From a virus (lineage: Duplodnaviria; Caudoviricetes): a stretch of 64,000 nucleotides of DNA. The translations under genes were made by a program, and so were the position numbers. Shown here piece by piece: positions 19,372-28,627 of this stretch (positions are counted from its first letter, which is position 1; each line of letters opens with the position of its first letter). The DNA lies in IMG/VR virus record IMGVR_UViG_3300035228_001973, positions 32,001 to 96,000 of that record. One strand, given 5' to 3'. Below the pieces are notes generated by a model. That model worked only from the letters and a program-made list of their open reading frames with translations. It was not told the DNA's origin and ran no database searches.

Positions 19372-20802
19372 TTAAATTATTCCTCCGTAGTAATTAGTAT
19401 TCGATATTTGTATTTGATAACCTTGTTTATTTAGGTTATCACACATTAATATATCCCAATCATCGTGACTATATTTTTCACTATCCACGTAAAGCGAACT
19501 AACACTAAAGGGTATTAAATCATTTTTTATTATATGAATACCATATATTATATCTACATCCCAAATACCTTTCTTAATATATTTTTGATATTCTTTTTTA
19601 TTTTTAGATTCAAAATTAACCCATTCACTACCCTCCTTATTAATCATTGGACTAATAATTCCCTTACATTCATTAATTAGTAGTTGAATAGATTTAATAT
19701 TTCTAAATATATGGTTAGACTCCATCATAATGACATAGTCAGCCTCGTCATAAGATTCAATAAGAAAATTCTTTCTTGATATAATTTTATTACTATTGGT
19801 ATGTGTTATTTTAAAACTTTTAAATATATCCGAATACTTTTCTTTGAACATATTAACTTTGTACTCATGTTTACTATCCCCATAAATTATGTGAAATGAA
19901 GTCTTATCTTTTGGATAATTCAAAAACCTGATATGGTCAAAAGTTTGATTAATATCTAACACCTTCTCATCTAAAAATAAACCAATTAATATGTCAGATT
20001 CATTAGTGTCTTTTTTGATTTTATCATTATTAGTAATAAAAGAATCTACCTCTCTTTTATCAAATATTTTTTCATAGTAACCATTTAAAGTATTTTTCAC
20101 TATACTACCACCATTTGCGTGTATTATTAGTGGTGACTCATTAGTTACAGTATTTTTAATAATACCATCTTCAACAATAATATCTTCTAAAGATTCATTC
20201 ATAGTTTGAAATAAGAATTGGTTATAATCTAATATAGTACCTTGATTACCTTTTAGGTCTTCAAAAAACCTTTCAGTATAATATAATTGGTCATCGTATT
20301 CATTATTAACCGAAACTTTATTAATCAACTTTGATATGTGGTCACCATAACCAATAAACCCACCTGAATTTAAATATCTGTAGTCGGTAGGTGATTTTGG
20401 GTATTGTCCCTTTAAACTTTCATCTGGCCAACATGTTTTTTCAGCTGAGAATACTATAGGTGATTCCATCTTTCTAAACCTACTAACTATCTCTTCTGAT
20501 GAACCATTAATAATAACATCATATGAGTCAGTAAAAAGTATAATATGATTACCTAAATCAGGATAATCCAATAACTCTTCTTTAAGTAAATTTATTTTTT
20601 GTGAACCACCTGGTTTAAGTAGTACCCCATTTTTGGCTTCACCACCTGTCCATTCTTGACCTAACCCTAAAATTTTATATGGTATATCATGATGATGACA
20701 AGACTCCCTAAAACGGACTAATTCTTCGTTTTCTTCTGTAGCAACAGTAATGACCATAAATTTGTCAATACCATCACTATAATTATTATCTCTAAAATAC
20801 AC
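19372..20802 (-). CDS. PLOD/LH3-like collagen glycosyltransferase (GT plus accessory domain, no hydroxylase domain)
   Basis: VITVAT, LGLGQEW.GG, GGSQK, FTDSYD, FSAE..CWP, YLNSGGFIG, DDQLYYT and HANG occur in the same order as in the PLOD GT domain. ILIGLFL...LNYPKDK then resembles the PLOD accessory domain. Confidence 0.9.
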   Translation of the reverse strand: MYFRDNNYSDGIDKFMVITVATEENEELVRFRESCHHHDIPYKILGLGQEWTGGEAKNGVLLKPGGSQKINLLKEELLDYPDLGNHIILFTDSYDVIINGSSEEIVSRFRKMESPIVFSAEKTCWPDESLKGQYPKSPTDYRYLNSGGFIGYGDHISKLINKVSVNNEYDDQLYYTERFFEDLKGNQGTILDYNQFLFQTMNESLEDIIVEDGIIKNTVTNESPLIIHANGGSIVKNTLNGYYEKIFDKREVDSFITNNDKIKKDTNESDILIGLFLDEKVLDINQTFDHIRFLNYPKDKTSFHIIYGDSKHEYKVNMFKEKYSDIFKSFKITHTNSNKIISRKNFLIESYDEADYVIMMESNHIFRNIKSIQLLINECKGIISPMINKEGSEWVNFESKNKKEYQKYIKKGIWDVDIIYGIHIIKNDLIPFSVSSLYVDSEKYSHDDWDILMCDNLNKQGYQIQISNTNYYGGII

Positions 20803-20879
20803 TGATTAATTAATTAGTTGTTTATTTCATTTAGAAAATAAATCATTAAACAAATAAATAAAGGGATAAAGAGGGGTTA

Positions 20880-21167
20880 TTAGTTTAAACAAAACATTCC
20901 AAATTTAGTTTTTTGAAATATTTGACTATCAGAATATGAATTATCAACTTCTCTAATTTTATTTAGTTTGATGACAATGTCCATTATTTGTTTGTGTGTA
21001 AGTTGTAATTCATCACCACTATCGTGATTATCATGAATAGTACTATATACCTCGTTAAAAAAATCTCGTTCGGATGCATTACCAATTAACTTTATAAGTT
21101 CAGTTGGATTTTCTAAAAAGAAGGTTTTAAACTGTGAAAAATATATTTCAATATCTACATTACTCAT
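20880..21167 (-). CDS. Hypothetical protein (start revised to MSNVDIE)
   Basis: ATG 21167 lies downstream of a TACCTTTG element. Confidence 0.7.
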   Translation of the reverse strand: MSNVDIEIYFSQFKTFFLENPTELIKLIGNASERDFFNEVYSTIHDNHDSGDELQLTHKQIMDIVIKLNKIREVDNSYSDSQIFQKTKFGMFCLN

Positions 21168-21196
21168 CTTAAATGTTTTTTTATAAAAATTAACTA

Positions 21197-21204
21197 CAAA
21201 GGTA
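21197..21204 (-). promoter_or_regulatory. Bacteroidota -7 element TACCTTTG
   Basis: TAnnTTTG match upstream of the unit containing 21167 and the PLOD-GT gene. Confidence 0.6.
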
Positions 21205-21219
21205 AAGTTTTTCGATAGA

Positions 21220-22551
21220 TTATTTAAAAACTTTAATACCTTTGTCTTCAATCATTTTTTGAACTTCTTCAGGGATGTCAATATTAGGATTAGACCCCGC
21301 CAATGTAATAACCGCTAAATTTTTCATCTTATAATCATTACCATTTTTTTCAGCCATCTCTTTTGGTAATGACTTTAAGTTTTTATTATTAGGTAAAGAT
21401 AAAAACATCAAGTCCTCTAAGTTTGAAATTTCTGATGGTAATTCATCTAATATTCCATCAAGGTGTAAAGCATACATGTTTTTAAACCTACCGATACTAC
21501 TTGGTATCTTTATATTTAAATCTTTTGCGGATTCCTGCCCGTATCTACCGCTACCACTTGTTTTAATAAAGTCTAATCTACCTAAGTTGTCTGGTAAATC
21601 GTCAAAGAACTTATCAAAACCATATAAAGCAATAAATTTAGATGCAGCATCTCTAGGGTACTCTACCGAAATTTCTGTACCATCAGCATTAGATAGTCCT
21701 TTCATAAACTCAGGTTTAAAGAATTGTTTCAAACCTTCTTCCTCACCTAATAAAAAATCAACTAAATTGATTTGTCTATCATTAACATCCATAAATTGGT
21801 TACTAGGGAAGTGAAATTGGTACCTGTGTTTAGGTAACCCTGATATATCACCCACTTCCGTATCGGTCTTATCAACTAAAACATAAAGTGGTCCTTGTTT
21901 GATATATGTATTAAAGTAAGATAACCCCGGTGCGGATGTACACCATCTTGTCTCTTTATTTTGACCACCATAGAAACATGCCGCCTCTTTACCTAAATCC
22001 CCCTGGTCTTCAATCATGTAAACGTCATATTTACTACCTGAGTATACCAATTCAGCACCCGGATGAACTTTCATTTCTTTTCGTTCAGCCTTAGTGGTAC
22101 TCGCCTTCTCTAAACTAAAATCTTTAACAGTATTAAATAAACTATCAATAGTTAATTTATTAATATCTCTTAATTCATCATCAATTTGACTTTTAAATCT
22201 GTCAAACTTAATAAGGTCATCAGTTGTTTTGTATAAATCTTCAAAAAATAAATCTGTTTTTTCTTTAAATTCTTTTTTAAACTGTGGTGTTCCGTATGAT
22301 GCCTCAATATTCGGCTCAATTTGTAAAAATTGTTTAATAATCCAGTTTACATATTTACCAGCCTTTTTGATATTATCACCGTCTCTACGAGTGGTTGGGT
22401 CAGTCATCACCATTTTATTAAGTTGTTCAAGTGACATCTTCGCCGGCTTAACTTTCTCACCTTTCTTTTTAGGTTGAGTATAAGTCTTCTTCAGAATCTC
22501 GTAACGACCCTGCTCGACTATAATACTTTTTATAATGTTATTAAACTTCAT
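21220..22551 (-). CDS. Late protein with a WCT-motif domain and C-terminal leucine-rich repeats
   Basis: TRWCTSAPG..YF..Y...GPLYV motif; LRRs IPSSIGRFKNMYALHL, LPSEISNLEDLMFLSL and LKSLPKEM. Confidence 0.7.
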   Translation of the reverse strand: MKFNNIIKSIIVEQGRYEILKKTYTQPKKKGEKVKPAKMSLEQLNKMVMTDPTTRRDGDNIKKAGKYVNWIIKQFLQIEPNIEASYGTPQFKKEFKEKTDLFFEDLYKTTDDLIKFDRFKSQIDDELRDINKLTIDSLFNTVKDFSLEKASTTKAERKEMKVHPGAELVYSGSKYDVYMIEDQGDLGKEAACFYGGQNKETRWCTSAPGLSYFNTYIKQGPLYVLVDKTDTEVGDISGLPKHRYQFHFPSNQFMDVNDRQINLVDFLLGEEEGLKQFFKPEFMKGLSNADGTEISVEYPRDAASKFIALYGFDKFFDDLPDNLGRLDFIKTSGSGRYGQESAKDLNIKIPSSIGRFKNMYALHLDGILDELPSEISNLEDLMFLSLPNNKNLKSLPKEMAEKNGNDYKMKNLAVITLAGSNPNIDIPEEVQKMIEDKGIKVFK

Positions 22552-22568
22552 AAGTCTATTTGTTTTCT

Positions 22569-22576
22569 TATAAATA
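22569..22576 (-). promoter_or_regulatory. TATTTATA putative late promoter
   Basis: 17 nt upstream of ATG 22551. Confidence 0.6.
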
Positions 22577-22611
22577 TATCAGAAATTAAAAATATTCTAT
22601 TTTTATATGGG

Positions 22612-23529
22612 TTATATATCTAAACTAAGTTGACTATTCTCGTGTTCATTATCTATAGACACTTCAAATTTGGTGAAGTTAGGTATTTCATAATTCATTA
22701 TTAAAAGTTCTGTACCTTTATTTTGTTTTTTACCTTTAGACGCCGCGGCTGCTTTAGCGAAGTCTTTTTCAACCCACACATATCGATTTTTAGGAAACCA
22801 CGTATGTAATAATTCAAAATCATAGTAAGACAAAGAAAATTTACTTTTTACATTTTTAAGTGAATTGGCTAACCTTTCATGGTCATCCCTATCAAAATCA
22901 TGATTAGAATAGTAGTTTTCAGTCTTCCAATAAGGTGGGTCTAAATAAATGTATGTCGTTGGGGAGTCATATTTCTTAATGACATCATCAAAGTCCATAT
23001 TTTCAATATGACTTACTGCTAAGAATTTTTTAACCCATTTTTCATTCTTTAATTTATCCCTAAAAGTAAGGTACTTTGATTTGTATTTACCTTTTAAGTC
23101 AATATAACTTGAAGTTTCAGGTTTACTTCCACTAAAAACTTGAGTAAGTATATAAGCATATTTAGCTGCTAATTCATAGTTTGGTTTAGTACTCACGGTA
23201 TACGTATCCACAAATATTTCCTTTTGTATTTTATTAAATAACTCTCTATACTCAGGTGGTGTTGGAAAAACATCTCTTTGTTGACAAGGTATATTTTCAA
23301 CCGCCTTAAGTAATTCTGTTGGGTTTTGGATACATAAAAACAAATTGTAGTTGAGTGGATTAAAGTCATTGTAAACAACTTTCTTTAAATTTGGATACAA
23401 ATCTAAGTCCATGTTATAAAAACACCAAAACATCCCACCGAATGTTTCAACATAAACTTCCATATCTTTTGGATAGTACTCTACTATCCATTTACCTATT
23501 CTACTTTTACCTCCTATATATGATAACAT
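22612..23529 (-). CDS. dam: DNA adenine methyltransferase (Dam/D12 family)
   Basis: YIGGKS, YVETFGG and YLDPPY motifs. Confidence 0.92.
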   Translation of the reverse strand: MLSYIGGKSRIGKWIVEYYPKDMEVYVETFGGMFWCFYNMDLDLYPNLKKVVYNDFNPLNYNLFLCIQNPTELLKAVENIPCQQRDVFPTPPEYRELFNKIQKEIFVDTYTVSTKPNYELAAKYAYILTQVFSGSKPETSSYIDLKGKYKSKYLTFRDKLKNEKWVKKFLAVSHIENMDFDDVIKKYDSPTTYIYLDPPYWKTENYYSNHDFDRDDHERLANSLKNVKSKFSLSYYDFELLHTWFPKNRYVWVEKDFAKAAAASKGKKQNKGTELLIMNYEIPNFTKFEVSIDNEHENSQLSLDI

Positions 23530-23543
23530 AATTTTCTTTTTTA

Positions 23544-23574
23544 CAAATATAGGAAAAAATAAGTAAAAGGCAAA
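23544..23574 (-). promoter_or_regulatory. Bacteroidota promoter TTTG-N19-TATATTTG
   Basis: The + strand has caaatata at 23544-23551 and caaa at 23571-23574. Confidence 0.7.
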
Positions 23575-23582
23575 TGTAAATC

Positions 23583-23611
23583 AAAAAAAAACCCCACATA
23601 AGTGAGGTTTT
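23583..23611 (-). terminator. Intrinsic terminator
   Basis: The minus strand reads AACCTCAC-TTAT-GTGGGGTT followed by a U tract. Confidence 0.7.
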
Positions 23612-23615
23612 AAAT

Positions 23616-23891
23616 TTATTTCTTAAAGAATTTAACTAGTTTATCATCTAGTCGTTGTAATTGGGTTTTTAATCGTTGTAATCGGGTTTTCAGTTTGAGT
23701 ACTTTAGTTTTAAATAAATTCCAATTTACTGTAGCAAAGACTCCAAAAGCGAATCCTGCGTAAATTTTAAAACCGAACACCCACAATACTAATCCCGTGA
23801 GTAATCCAACAACACCTTCAATACCGTTTAACATTATCCATGTTTTAATAATGTTGTAAATCTTTTTAATAAAATCTAAAATCTTTTTCAT
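23616..23891 (-). CDS. Small membrane protein with a coiled-coil tail
   Basis: Hydrophobic segments and a LKTRLQRLKTQLQRL repeat; TATTTATA upstream at 23905-23912. Confidence 0.7.
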   Translation of the reverse strand: MKKILDFIKKIYNIIKTWIMLNGIEGVVGLLTGLVLWVFGFKIYAGFAFGVFATVNWNLFKTKVLKLKTRLQRLKTQLQRLDDKLVKFFKK

Positions 23892-23994
23892 AATATTTTT
23901 TTATTATAAATATAACATTATTACGTATTCTTATTTATTTTACAATTTACTATCGCACATTTTTATCTTAAACTACGTATATAAAATTATTATT

Positions 23995-24171
23995 ATGTCA
24001 AAAGAATACAATGTTAACTCAATAGAAATAAATGAAAAAAAAGATTGTAAAGCGTGCTCAAAAGGATTAAATATTGGTCAAAAGTTTATAATATTATTTT
24101 CTTTTTATATGTTAGGGACAAGTATATATGGAACTGTTAAGTTAATACAACTTTTAATTAATTTATTTTAG
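23995..24171 (+). CDS. 58-aa CxxC plus TM protein (not in the ORF track)
   Basis: [58 protein letters not shown]; fills an otherwise empty gap. Confidence 0.6.
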   Translation: MSKEYNVNSIEINEKKDCKACSKGLNIGQKFIILFSFYMLGTSIYGTVKLIQLLINLF

Positions 24172-25113
24172 TAAATCCTTTAATTTTACCTTATCCTCAT
24201 CACTAATAGACTTGTTAGTTACACCCACTTTTATATAGAAATCTCCAATTCCACTTTGAGTGACAAATCCTTTAGATTTTACTCTTAGTGGTTTTTCTGT
24301 ACTTAAATTTTTAGGTAAATTTATATCTAAATCCCCATCAGGATGAGACACTCTAAACGTTTTATTTATTATCATTTCTATAGGGGTTATATTTAAATTA
24401 AAAACTAAATCTTTACCCACCTTCTCGTATTTACTTTTAATCATATTAATTTGAACTAATAAGTCACCTTGAATGTTATTTAGATAATCACCTTTACCTG
24501 CGGCTCTTAAGAAATCACCACTATCAACTCCTTTAGGTATTGATACCTTTAAATTTTTAAATTTATCAATAGACCCCGAACCATTACAATTTAAACAAGG
24601 GTCAACAACCATTTGTCCACTTCCTCTACAAGTATGACACGGAGTATCCACTGTCTGTGTGAAAAAACCTGTACCCATTTTTTGTCTAATAAAACCTCTA
24701 CCGGCACAAGTTGTGCATGTATTTTTTTTACCACCAGTACCAACACATAATTCACATGAAATCTTAGATTTATAAGTTATCTCCTTTTCAATACCGACAA
24801 ACGATTCTTCAGGTGTTAAAGTTACTCTTATTACTTTATCTTTAATTTTAGGTTTAGTTGACCTTCTTTGTTGATTAAACATATCAAAAGGATTACCACC
24901 GAATTGACCACCGAAAGGATTAGGATTATCGTATTGCTTTCGTTTTTTTTCATCACTTAAAGTTTCATAGGATTCGACTATATCTTTAAATTTTTCTTCT
25001 CCCTGAGGGTTTACATCTGGGTGATATTGTTTACTTAATTTCCTATACGCTTTTTTAATCTCACTTTGAGATGCGTTTTTATTAATATTTAAAATTTGAT
25101 AATAGTCCTTCAT
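24163..25113 (-). CDS. dnaJ: DnaJ chaperone
   Basis: J-domain with HPD, four CxxCxGxG repeats and a C-terminal domain. Confidence 0.95.
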   Translation of the reverse strand: MKDYYQILNINKNASQSEIKKAYRKLSKQYHPDVNPQGEEKFKDIVESYETLSDEKKRKQYDNPNPFGGQFGGNPFDMFNQQRRSTKPKIKDKVIRVTLTPEESFVGIEKEITYKSKISCELCVGTGGKKNTCTTCAGRGFIRQKMGTGFFTQTVDTPCHTCRGSGQMVVDPCLNCNGSGSIDKFKNLKVSIPKGVDSGDFLRAAGKGDYLNNIQGDLLVQINMIKSKYEKVGKDLVFNLNITPIEMIINKTFRVSHPDGDLDINLPKNLSTEKPLRVKSKGFVTQSGIGDFYIKVGVTNKSISDEDKVKLKDLLK

Positions 25114-25756
25114 GCAAAATTATATAATTGTATTGTTTAAGAATAAGAAAAAGAAAAAGATAATCAAAGGTTATCAGTCAGAGAAACGCGCAATTAGTAA
25201 ATTTAAATCATTAATTAAAGAAAACAATATCGACTTTGGAGTAACTTATGAAAATGCGGAGTACGTAACCTATGAATTAGGATTGCTAACCAATCAAGAT
25301 TCATATCAAGTACCGTTATTTAAAGAAGATGAATTTGGTAGAAACACTGAATTATTTATGGATTCAGATACCGATTATATGATAAAACGTATGGTTCCTT
25401 ATTCTATTGAAGAAAAAATTCACGATTGGTCCACTAATAATCGTATCACATTTAATGAAATAGTTAAAAAATACTGTATAAAAAAAGAAATGAAGAGTAT
25501 CTCTACTCTTCATAATAAATTAATTATACAAATTAACGATAAGTTTTTTGTATTTAGTTTAAAGAATATAGACGATTCACATCGTTTACTTAGTACCTTA
25601 GAAAATTATTTTAGAAATAATGGGAGAAATGATGCTATATTTGTAAGAGATACATCAACCACTCAGAGAAAGTGGATGTACAATCTTTTAGTAAAAAATG
25701 GTTTTGATAAGAAAAAACTATATCGTCAGACCACTACTTTTTCAAAACGAACGTAA
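25112..25756 (+). CDS. Hypothetical protein
   Basis: 214-aa ORF with no competing minus-strand ORF. Confidence 0.7.
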   Translation: MQNYIIVLFKNKKKKKIIKGYQSEKRAISKFKSLIKENNIDFGVTYENAEYVTYELGLLTNQDSYQVPLFKEDEFGRNTELFMDSDTDYMIKRMVPYSIEEKIHDWSTNNRITFNEIVKKYCIKKEMKSISTLHNKLIIQINDKFFVFSLKNIDDSHRLLSTLENYFRNNGRNDAIFVRDTSTTQRKWMYNLLVKNGFDKKKLYRQTTTFSKRT

Positions 25757-25961
25757 AGTTAATACCTGAAATTTCAATATTAAATTTATCATTACTATGA
25801 TAAACCGCTGCAAAGTTTTTTATTATTTCATTATATTCAAATGGCTCCAACTCAATAATAATTTTTACATCACCCTTAGAAAGTATAGAAGATTCAATAT
25901 CATTAGATATCTTAGCTAAAAGACTTAACTCATCCCTAAAATTACTTTTATCCTCTCCCAT
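25734..25961 (-). CDS. Hypothetical protein
   Basis: 75-aa ORF in an overlapping chain of genes. Confidence 0.6.
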   Translation of the reverse strand: MGEDKSNFRDELSLLAKISNDIESSILSKGDVKIIIELEPFEYNEIIKNFAAVYHSNDKFNIEISGINFTFVLKK

Positions 25962-26134
25962 AACGTATATTTCTTTTCAATGAAGATAGTGTTTGACACC
26001 ATTTCTTTATCGAACCCCTGAATGTCTTTAATAAGTGTGTTTTTAGATGATTCAATTTGCCTTATCGACTTCTTTTTCTCTAACTTCAGTAGAGTCAACT
26101 CTTTCTCTATTTCCTGATTTGTTATCTTCTCCAT
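25925..26134 (-). CDS. Hypothetical protein
   Basis: 69-aa ORF in an overlapping chain of genes. Confidence 0.6.
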   Translation of the reverse strand: MEKITNQEIEKELTLLKLEKKKSIRQIESSKNTLIKDIQGFDKEMVSNTIFIEKKYTLWERIKVILGMS

Positions 26135-26534
26135 CTATGATTTCTTTTGAATTTATAATACTTGTTATCTCATCCACATCAAATTTAAGGTTCTGTAAGT
26201 CCTCTAAGTTTTCTTTTTCAAAAATGCCCTTTAACTCCTGAACTTTGTTTCTAAATAATTTGTCTTTAGCCTCTCTCTCTAAGTTAGATTTAATTATATT
26301 ATCAATCAAATCTTCAAGTTGATTAACTGAAATCTCATTTATTGGACAAACAAATGAGAGAGATATCTTGTCTCCATCTATACCATTTTTAACAACTTCA
26401 ACACCCTTACCCATATTACGTGGTAATACCCATTTATTTGAAAATAATAAATCGTAACTAACATGAGTATCTAATACTCTAACCATCTTTAGATTTTTTT
26501 GTATTTTATTTAAAAAATTATAGTACGTATTCAT
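26052..26534 (-). CDS. Hypothetical protein (probable start MNTYY)
   Basis: ATG 26534 overlaps the stop of the upstream gene. Confidence 0.65.
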   Translation of the reverse strand: MNTYYNFLNKIQKNLKMVRVLDTHVSYDLLFSNKWVLPRNMGKGVEVVKNGIDGDKISLSFVCPINEISVNQLEDLIDNIIKSNLEREAKDKLFRNKVQELKGIFEKENLEDLQNLKFDVDEITSIINSKEIIDGEDNKSGNRERVDSTEVREKEVDKAN

Positions 26535-26728
26535 ATTGTTGTAATTATTAATGTTATTAAATAGGATAAACATAGACCGTAGTAAATTAAGGACCCTACA
26601 CCAATCTCGAACTTTTTAGGTGGAGTTGATAATAGGGCCTTTATGAAATTTACTGCCAATCTTACGATTGATAATGATGTGAATATCGCAATAAAAGTTG
26701 CTATATATGTCATTATTGTTTCTATCAC
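26531..26728 (-). CDS. Small two-TM membrane protein
   Basis: Two hydrophobic helices. Confidence 0.6.
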   Translation of the reverse strand: MIETIMTYIATFIAIFTSLSIVRLAVNFIKALLSTPPKKFEIGVGSLIYYGLCLSYLITLIITTI

Positions 26729-26730
26729 TA

Positions 26731-26904
26731 TTACTTGTTTTTTTCTTCCAAAATTTCTTTTCTTAAATCTTGTAGTAAAGTTTTTAGTGTTTGAGCTCCT
26801 TTTCGTGCTCTTACACCAGCCGACTTATTACCTTCGAAGAACTTAGTTGTGTCTACGGAAAGTGTTTCGGTTAATTCTTTGATTGTTTCTAATGTTTTTG
26901 TCAT
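26731..26904 (-). CDS. Histone H1-like Hc1 protein (57 aa; not in the ORF track)
   Basis: MTKTLETIKELTETLSVDTTKFFEGNKSAGVRARKGAQTLKTLLQDLRKEILEEKNK, with the GNKSAGxRARK signature. Confidence 0.85.
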   Translation of the reverse strand: MTKTLETIKELTETLSVDTTKFFEGNKSAGVRARKGAQTLKTLLQDLRKEILEEKNK

Positions 26905-26983
26905 TTTTAATAATCTTATTATAGTTTATGTTTTTAAAAAACTTAATTTTATATTGCCCATTGTAAATAGAAATGGGAAAAAT

Positions 26984-27469
26984 TTATATTTGGACCGAAC
27001 GTTCTAGTGATTTATAAAGGTCTGTAAACATCTCAAGGTCAGGTTTGGTAATCGTCCTTCTCCTATTAAATAACTCTCGTAAGAAGCTCTCTATTGAGTT
27101 TCTAACGACCCCATCTAACTGTTCATAGTATACTTCCATGTAAAATGATTCAAAAAAGTCATAATCATTACTGCTGAAGTTAAATATTATATTTTCCTTT
27201 TTGAAATCTATTATAACTTTATTAAAACACCATCTAAAGTGTTCTAACTTATCGTCATTAATTATACCAATTTTTGTTGCATTACTATCACCATGACTAA
27301 ACCCTAAGTAAGTTTCACTAATTAAGTAATAAAGTGAAAAACTAAAGTCCTCAAATAAGTCACAGTATTCAGGTATAATATTATTAGCACGATTCCATGT
27401 GTCGATATCTTCCTTATCCATTGGTGTAGATAACCATTTAAAAAATTGGTCCATTCTATATCTTTTCAT
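26984..27469 (-). CDS. Hypothetical protein
   Basis: 161-aa ORF. Confidence 0.7.
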   Translation of the reverse strand: MKRYRMDQFFKWLSTPMDKEDIDTWNRANNIIPEYCDLFEDFSFSLYYLISETYLGFSHGDSNATKIGIINDDKLEHFRWCFNKVIIDFKKENIIFNFSSNDYDFFESFYMEVYYEQLDGVVRNSIESFLRELFNRRRTITKPDLEMFTDLYKSLERSVQI

Positions 27470-27513
27470 AGTAAAAATATAGAACGGACCAAAAAAATAT
27501 AAAGTTTTGTTTG

Positions 27514-28590
27514 TTATTGAGTTTTGTAATTGTGTGAAAATAGTTTTTTCATCTTATCGATATCTTCATTTACTCTCTCTTTTTTCTTATCTGTTTTAAC
27601 AGACTCTGAAACCTCGATACCTGCCATACTATCAGTTGTTTTTTTCTTACCTGAATAATCTGTCACTGGTTGAGGTGCTTTGTTATATGATTGTTTCTTA
27701 AGTTTAGCTAAAATGTTTTTATCCATTCTATCTTTTACCTTTTCTCCTGTATCTGTCTTAACAGCATTTGCCCATTCGGGATTATTACCAGTTTCTGACG
27801 AACCAAGAATGTTCATATCTAACCACTCTTCATCAGGTTTGATTTGGTCGTAATCTAAATTTTCCATACCACCTGAACGTGCAATTTGGTCAATATACTC
27901 TTCAACACCATCAGATGCGGTGTACATCATCTTATCATCTTTTCTATCTCCGTTACCTGTTGGAAATTTTTCAGGGTCAGCTACGTATTCCCCTTCATCA
28001 GCATTTTTAAGATAATCTTTCATTTTTTTAGTAACTGATTTAATATAATCTTCATTATCCTTCTTAGATGTTTTCATTGCCTTTTTTTGACCTGTAATCC
28101 CTGAGATTTTTTGTTCTTTAACTATTCGTTGGATTAATTCAATCATCTCATCTTCAGTTAATTTTAAACTTTGTTTTTTAGACTCGTTCTTTTCACCTTC
28201 CACTGGATAGGTTTTCCCGTCAACAGTAAATTCTTTTTCACCATTTTCGATTGCTTTAGCTCTCGCACCACTAAATTCGTTACCTTCTTCTACTTCGTCC
28301 TCACCCATCTCTTTACGTTGTTTATCTATATCAGAATAGACACCAACAACTTCAGAGTCACGTCCATCAAACTTATCTCTTAACTCAGGCATCTTACCCA
28401 TACCTTCTTTTGGTTCATCTTTTTTAGTCGCCTTTCTTTCCTCTTTACGGTTTTTGGCTACTTCATAGTACTCTTCCATCTCATCAATTTCAGTTGAAAC
28501 AGACTCAGTTATATCTTTTACTTTTTTGTTGACTTCCTCACTTAGAACTCTCTCTACGAGGTTTTCAATCATATTTTCAATATCTTTCAT
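27514..28590 (-). CDS. Charged late protein (putative internal head protein)
   Basis: TATTTATA at 28605-28612; KLTEDEMIELIQRIVKEQ and VNEDIDKMKKL motifs. Confidence 0.6.
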   Translation of the reverse strand: MKDIENMIENLVERVLSEEVNKKVKDITESVSTEIDEMEEYYEVAKNRKEERKATKKDEPKEGMGKMPELRDKFDGRDSEVVGVYSDIDKQRKEMGEDEVEEGNEFSGARAKAIENGEKEFTVDGKTYPVEGEKNESKKQSLKLTEDEMIELIQRIVKEQKISGITGQKKAMKTSKKDNEDYIKSVTKKMKDYLKNADEGEYVADPEKFPTGNGDRKDDKMMYTASDGVEEYIDQIARSGGMENLDYDQIKPDEEWLDMNILGSSETGNNPEWANAVKTDTGEKVKDRMDKNILAKLKKQSYNKAPQPVTDYSGKKKTTDSMAGIEVSESVKTDKKKERVNEDIDKMKKLFSHNYKTQ

Positions 28591-28627
28591 ATCAGTATTT
28601 TTATTATAAATATATGGTAAGTATCAA

